Under the pieces are notes generated by a model, which was given only the letters and a program-made list of their open reading frames with translations, was not told the origin of the DNA and did no database searches. A DNA stretch of 64,000 bases from Utricularia gibba (lineage: Eukaryota; Plantae; Magnoliophyta): NCBI GenBank assembly GCA_002189035.1, contig NEEC01000004.1, forward strand, positions 1,240,001-1,304,000, written 5' to 3'. Shown here one piece after another: positions 55,204 to 64,000 of the stretch (positions are counted from its first letter, which is position 1; every line of letters starts with the position of its first letter). The translations under genes and the position numbers were made by a program.

Positions 55204-56024
55204 TACTTTATCAAATTGCAACAAAGATCTCTAGTTTATTCCACTTATACCATACTGAATGAAGGGAAATCTTCTCACGCGAACAAAAGATATCCAATTA
55301 TCTAATCACCCATTCTTCATCAAGTTTATGGCATGAACCGTAAATTTCACGAGCAGCCTGCATCATCAGAATCCAAAACCATTAGTTTTCTTCCCTTACT
55401 TTCAGAAAGTAATCTCTGATTCCAAAAAACCCGGCTTCAGGTCCTCCTATGCATTTGAACGCGTACCCATTTTTTCCCTAATGTCAAGGTCTGCATAGGA
55501 TGAACACTGTTAGGAAGCCAAAACTCGAAACAAAAATGAATAACCATTTTAAAGATATCTTCAGCACAACACCTCCAACTAATCCCTCATTACAGCGTCG
55601 TACTGAAAAAAATAATCTAAAAAACTAATCAAATGATCGGCTGCACTCCGTGAGCCTAACAGAAAACGTCGCAAAGTGCATCAATACAGAAATATAGCAA
55701 CAAGGTAAACCCTGACAGGAACCAACAGCAAACACTGCGAACAGCTGATATAATAGAACGTGGATACAAAGAAGATCCTAACCGTTTAACAGAGGAAGAA
55801 GCATTAACAGCAACAAATAACACTCCCAAACAACGCGGAGCTTTCATTTTCTGAAAAGAACCTCCGCTCTCCCTCCTCCAGTCATCTTTTCCCCTCTGGT
55901 TCACCTGGTCGCAGAGGTCTGCGCCACGACGAAAAGTTCACTCAGAGATTCGAGCCGAGATACCCCCGTGGACTGCATGACAGATAAGCCCGCCCAGGCC
56001 CGATAAATTCTCCAGGCAGGTCCT

Positions 56025-56129
56025 AGCCCAGTTGATCAAGCCCGCGAGAGCCTAGTGGATGTCATATTTTAAGCCCATTTAAAGCTCTATTTGGCCCAAT
56101 ATAAAGCCTCAATGTACCAGGTTGGCCCA
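56025..56129. promoter_or_regulatory. Site II cluster upstream of the CorA-like gene
   Basis: agccca 56025 and 56072; ggccca 56093 and 56124. Confidence 0.45.
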
Positions 56130-56295
56130 TGGGGCTATAAAAGAAGTGATTGTATTTGTCAATGCTCAAATTTACACACGTGGTTGTAAAGCTGGCCTGG
56201 GCATTTGTTTAAGTGAGAGGTATCCGAGTTCCATCGACAGGCATCCATGGCTGGGAACCTACTTCTAAGCAGCAGCGGCAATGACAGACATCATA

Positions 56296-57862
56296 TCATG
56301 ATTCAGAAGCTTCGTCGAGCCGATCAAGGAAGCCTTTCTGGGCAGTCTTCTGAAGAGCAGGGTTTCTGAAACACATGGCATGCGGGGATGCTTCTTCAAA
56401 CTTCGACCATAGTTCCTTCTTCAGTGTGTTTTCCCCTGGATGTTTGCCGCCCTTACAGTAACTGCTCAGCATTGTCCCCTTGATCATGGGAGTACTCTCA
56501 ACAGCGTCAATTCTGGTATTAACATCTGCACCAGAAAGAAGCACCTCATTCAAGAAGATGTTACAAGACAAGAGAAGGATGTGAATCATAAAGACAGTCA
56601 CCATCAGAAGCGCATCCATTCATAGGAAGCTTTGATTCACCAGGATTTCCCAATGGTTTCTCCTCCGGGGGCTCCATTATGACGCATGTCTTCGGAGGTG
56701 AAAGGATCCAATTTGGGGAGCTTTGTTCAAAATACTTCCTGTTCATTCCCAAGAGCCCAGAGTATTTCATAGTCAGTTCAGATTCAGAATCCAGCGACTC
56801 AGCAGAATCCTGAAGCTTAGCAGGGAAAGGAGTTTGTCTGTAAGTGGCCTTATTTCCTTTATCAGATGAATCTGATGCCGGCTCCAACAAAACACAAGAT
56901 TTCGGTGGTGACATATTCAATATAGGCTTAAGGTCAGCACAGAGCTTTCCCTCTTCTGGTAGTTCTCTGTAGAAGAACAATTGATCCCAAGATTTTCAAG
57001 ACCATTCGTTACAACAGGATCCAAAACTTTATCCTCATCAACTAAATCCTGAGCAATCACTTTCTGGATATCTTGGTCCAAAGATATCCTTTCAAACTTA
57101 CAGAGTGATGAAGCACTGGATTTAGATGAAAAGCCTTTGTCTTGAGATAATGGAGTCAGTAGAAATAACTGTCTACCGTGCTCAGTATTGTATTCATCTC
57201 TCCAGGAAACAAGAGGCGATGGAGAAACCAGAGATTTCTGTTGCTTAGTAATTTTAGGACTTTCAATGACATCATCTGGTTCATCATTTTTCACACAAGC
57301 TACGCTTGCTTCCTTTGAACCATCCAAAATAAGGGAATTTTGAAACCTGGGAATCCATGGCTGGAAACCAAAAAGGTCAGAACGAAATGCATGATAGGTC
57401 TAAAAAACCTAAAGGACACAACACGAAATTAACCTTGAGAGAAGCTTCGATTTCGGACAAAAAGTCAGATAATTCCTTTATTTTATCCCTAGATTGATTC
57501 CCCGTCGCCTGATTTGCTTGAACAACCAACCCTTCAATCTGAAACCAAATTAATAGAGAAACTCATACAAAATAACAAGATCTAAAACCACATCCTTCTC
57601 ATTTTACACTCCATCGTAATTACTCGAATCCGAAATCGGAAGCAAAATTAGATCGAAGTTAATGCATCCATTCCTTTACCTGCCGTAATATGGAGGAGAT
57701 TTGTGTACGCACAAGAAGTAAGCCAGAGCCATGGGCAGACTCCTCTCCTTTAATCGCAACTTTTTCTGCGCATCCGGTGAGATTGTTGACACGATTGGAT
57801 GCACATTTTGAATTCGGTAGTTTCCGCAATGGCTTCCTCGTAGTTCTGGAGTTCGGTCTCAT
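56296..57862 (-). CDS. Uncharacterised plant Ser/Pro-rich protein, 4 exons; apparent -1 frameshift near 56925
   Basis: MRPNSRTTRKPLRKL..SILRQ|IEGLVVQA..LSEIEASLK|PWIPRFQNSL..LVSPSPLVSWR..GRQLFLLTPL..SPPKSCVLLEP..SPPKTCVIMEP..|DVNTRIDAVESTPM..KHPGENTLKKELWSKFEEAS..FLDRLDEASES*. Confidence 0.75.
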
Positions 57863-59311
57863 TCCGCTTCTTCTTCTTCGTCTACGTCTACCCCTCGCCA
57901 ACGTTCGAATTTGAATTTCAACGACTGGAGGGGAAAATGAAACGGATACTTCCAAGTCCAAAATAGGGATTAGGGATTATTCCATATTCGCCGCCAGGAA
58001 ACGGTGTATTTGCAAATAAGCCCCAGAAAAATATTGCCTTTGAGATGTGGGCCCCGACATGGCAGACCACGGGAAGGCGTGTCCGCTGGCGTGTCTCAGT
58101 ATCCCATCCCATCTACAAAACCAGTGGCCCCACCAGTTGGGCATGTGCCATGACAGCTTGGCATTGTTAATTAGATTCTTTTTCTTTTTTTTTTTTTAAA
58201 AAAGTAGTATATATTATTTTCTTTTAATAAAATTAAGCATCTCGTGTTGGTCTTATCTAAAAAAAAGCATTTCAAACACCGCGGCTCGAATATTCAGCAC
58301 CGCGTGTTTGGTCAAATTCCCACGGGAACTGGGAACATCAAACATGCACTTCCAATTTATTTAATTCCAAAAATGTGTTTTAATTTTTAAAAATAACATT
58401 ATATAAATAATTTTACTATTAAACTACAGTGAATCTCATCCACCATCTTTGACAATTTTGGTCACCAAACATCCCCCTACCATTAGGATACATAAATTAC
58501 GTTTGAAAAAATCAATTTAAAATTAATGTTGTCAAAATTGAAAATTGCGATACAATAAAAATTGATATATGTTTGAAAATATTTTTTTCAAAATGGTTAT
58601 TATAGAATGAATTCATGTTTCAAGTAACTTTAAATAATTAAATGACATATTTAAAAGTATAAAGAAGAGCAACTTTTATCATCAGCTTTGTTGGTCATGG
58701 CGGTAGATATGTATACAATTCTCACGCATGTCCTGAAGTAGGAAGCTGAATCATGTCCCAAGTATGACAAGACGCTCGTGTTATTACAGTGTTTGACTTT
58801 GGTTGCTACGCGGTCTTCTCTACCTAACCGCCCCCATTGCTACAGAAACCTGTGTGTGAAACAGACCTAAGCGTGGATGCGTGAAGTACACTTGACGTGA
58901 AAAGGGTGTTTAGAGCATGTTTGGGTGGTGTTCCGGGAGGCTGTCTGTCTTTGCTTATGGAAACGGACAACGTTTCGAAGGGCGTGCTTGTAAACATTCC
59001 CTTGGCTGTTTTTCATAGGCAGCTTTTGTGGAAGTGAGAACACTGTTTGGTTTTTTAATCTGCGGTTTTTATTTGTATTTTAGGCAACCGAAAGAGAGAA
59101 AGAAAGAGGGAAAAAGGAAGCAGGCTGCTCTGTTCGCTTCTGTTCCGTGTGTGTAAAAGAAGACAATGACTGCCCGCCATAAAAGCAGCATCGCAATCCA
59201 CAAGTAGTTATAATTAATATGCTACTCCGTATTGAGTTGTTTGTGTACATAAATGGTTGTAAGTAAACGTCAATCAGCTTTCCTCTTGTGTTGTATCGTC
59301 TCCAACGTTTC

Positions 59312-59317
59312 TGTCTC
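59312..59317 (+). promoter_or_regulatory. Auxin response element (TGTCTC) near the Aux/IAA start
   Basis: Canonical AuxRE 160 bp upstream of the ATG. It is only a hexamer, so a chance match is possible. Confidence 0.35.
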
Positions 59318-59471
59318 CCTCTCTTGAGCCCTTCTTTGGCTGGTAAGAGTTCATCTTTTTATCTGGACTTGTGGGGTTTTAGGAGAGGCTAAGAATTCAG
59401 CTTCTGCTTTTGAAACCGTCTTCTTCTTTTTCTTCCTTTTAAGCTTGGTTTGTTCTGAATCAGCTGCAGAA

Positions 59472-60616
59472 ATGGAGGACTATTCGAGAAAACATGTGGG
59501 GTGTCGTCAGCTTCTGGATTTGATCCCTAGAAACAGAGACCTGGTAGTAAAGCAAGAAGAAGAATCAGTTACAGAAGAGGAGAGGCTTGAGCTGTGCCTC
59601 GGTCCACCTGGAGCTGCAGCAGAAACCAGAAACAGAGATAAAACTAGGCAAATCTCTTCTGGGTGCTGTTTTCCAAGCAAGAAGGCATCTTTTCTTCTTC
59701 ATCTTCAGATTCAGGAACCCTCCTCTGCCGAAACAGAGAAGAGGGCAGCTTCATCTTCTGCAAAGCCACCTCTCCACAACGGCAGCAGTTCTAATAAAAG
59801 GTTCCTTTTTTTTTCTTTCTTCTTTTTTACTGCTTCGTCCCATTGTTGTTGCAGATTCGTTGTATTCAATCCCAGCCTGATTTGTTGTTACCATCTTGTG
59901 TGATGCTCCTTTATGTGTATTGATCGTGGACCCTTTTCAAAGCAGGGCTGCTACCGGTCAAGTTGTGGGTGGCCCCCAGTTCGTTCATTCAGAAAACATG
60001 CTTCAAATGGGAGTTGTTCAAAGTTCCCTTCTGACGCATCTCCATCTCCAGCATCTGATACCTCCTCGAAAACCTTGTTTGTGAAGATCAACATGGATGG
60101 ACTTCCCATTGGGAGGAAAATTGACCTCAAAGCTTATGAAAGCTACGAGAAACTGACATCTGCAGTTCATAATCTCTTCACAGGCCTTCTTCCAGGTTAC
60201 TGCGCAACTTCATCCCCTGTTCCCAATGTTGCACTGAACACCTGGTTTAACATCCTGGGAATGTTTGCAGTTGGACACGAATCGCCTAGCGAGGAATACA
60301 CGCTGGTGTACGAGGACAACGAATGCGACCGGATGTTGGTCGGTGATGTCCCATGGGAGTAAGCTTCGTGTGCCTCCATTTCGAAACTTGCTCCAGCTCT
60401 CAACAAGTAATCTAACAGGTTTTGGGTTTCTGTGGCAGCATGTTCATCTCCAATGTCAAGCGATTGCGCCTGCTTAAGACCTCAGACCTGCCTCTTACAT
60501 CATCAGGTGAATCTACTTATCAAACAAGTGGCTTGTTAAGAATACACACACAAGTCTCAACTCCTGTATTGTTGTTATGCTTCATGTCAGATGGAGGCAA
60601 GAGGATTCTCAAGTGA
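59472..60616 (+). CDS. Aux/IAA protein (IAA18/26/28 clade), 5 exons; apparent -1 frameshift in domain II
   Basis: MEDYSRK..QLLDLIP; domain I LELCLGPPG; domain II QVVG/WPPVRSFRK (split across two frames); domain III LFVKINMDGLPIGRKIDL; domain IV YTLVYEDNECDRMLVGDVPW|MFISNVKRLRLLK. Confidence 0.92.
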
Positions 60617-61143
60617 AGATTGTCCGAAAGCCATTGGTATTGAATTCTTGTTTCCCTGTTGGGCTGGACAAGACGTTTGTTTAGGAGTAACATCTGTAGT
60701 GACAACCATCTTTTTTAACCTGCTTTTCCAAGGACATTTTTGTCGTACAACAGAAAGCTAAGACACGACATAAAACAAATGTATAAAAGCTGAAGTACTT
60801 GCTGTCAATGTTGTCAACTGCATATTAATCCCAAAATATTTGTGCATGCGAGCAACGGAACAAAACAACCTAGAGATAATACTTATGTGCGTTTACACTT
60901 CACTATCTATAGAAACTGCTTAAAAAAATATGCACCCAGTTGAATAGATGAAGCACATTTCCATGTTCCGCCGGCTTGATTTTTTTTTTTTTTTTGATCT
61001 TGGGATCAAAAAGAGTGCTCTAATCTGGAGAAAACAAGAAACAAATGAAATTCAGCAATGAGTAGGGTACTTACCCCGAGCTGCTGGCTTTCCTCCTCTA
61101 TTTCAGATTTTGTACAATCATAGAGTCCGAGCTAACATTGCCA

Positions 61144-63625
<2,482 letters not shown>

Positions 63626-64000
63626 CTAGAGCATGAAAAGGAGCAAACACTATATAAGTAAAAGAATCCTTAGGTGGACACTGGTTCAAACTCAACGATT
63701 ACCCCCACAAGTAAACATAACGAATTGGGAAAATTCAAAAGAACAATGTCTCTGATTCATTTCTTTTAAAATGCTCAAGCCTAGCTAATTAACAATTTTC
63801 AATCAAATCACATATATAAGAATGACGGGTCTTGACTGTATTCCAAGTCACATAAACTGCACCTCAATTTGATTTACCACATAAAATAGCCGAGATCTGG
63901 ACACCGCCGATGTAATATGGAACATTAACAAATTGGGACTAAGCTCTTTTAGTCCAAGATACGAAGGTGTACCTGCTTCAGTTTGCTAAGAACCTGTTCT

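Noticed and set aside
56530-56600. Apparent second frameshift in the Ser/Pro-rich gene
   Set aside because: Explained by a phase-1 GT-AG intron of about 75 nt (GAT G|gtgact...gtgcag|AT GTT).

Overview
Gene-dense, intron-containing plant (eudicot) nuclear DNA, not prokaryotic. The HPPR protein resembles Lamiales enzymes, and the mostly 70-120 nt introns and short intergenic gaps suggest a compact genome (inference). I can support 20 protein-coding genes, two of them cut by the window edges: bL25-like (3' end), WRKY IIe, organellar MDAR, SAP30/AFR-like, MCTP, NT-C2 coiled-coil protein, PERK-like kinase, HPPR, GL2-like HD-ZIP IV, AAE13, an At3g16200-like protein, eIF2B-alpha, TIP2, a multipass membrane protein, GATA, ACRE/DUF761, a CorA-like protein, an uncharacterised Ser/Pro-rich protein, Aux/IAA, and nuclear poly(A) polymerase (5' end missing). 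I also list one doubtful small ORF. I saw no rRNA, tRNA, CRISPR array or intact transposon. The most notable observations are: (i) a minor-spliceosome AT-AC intron in AAE13; (ii) two GC-AG introns; (iii) three apparent lesions in MDAR, including a 7-bp repeat expansion; (iv) single-base losses in G/C runs that frameshift GL2, Aux/IAA (in the degron), MDAR, the uncharacterised gene and possibly WRKY, which may be consensus errors rather than biology; (v) an intronless CorA-like gene; (vi) an unexplained 20-bp inverted repeat. I found no convincing new multi-gene system. Arabidopsis locus identifiers are recalled from memory and need verification.
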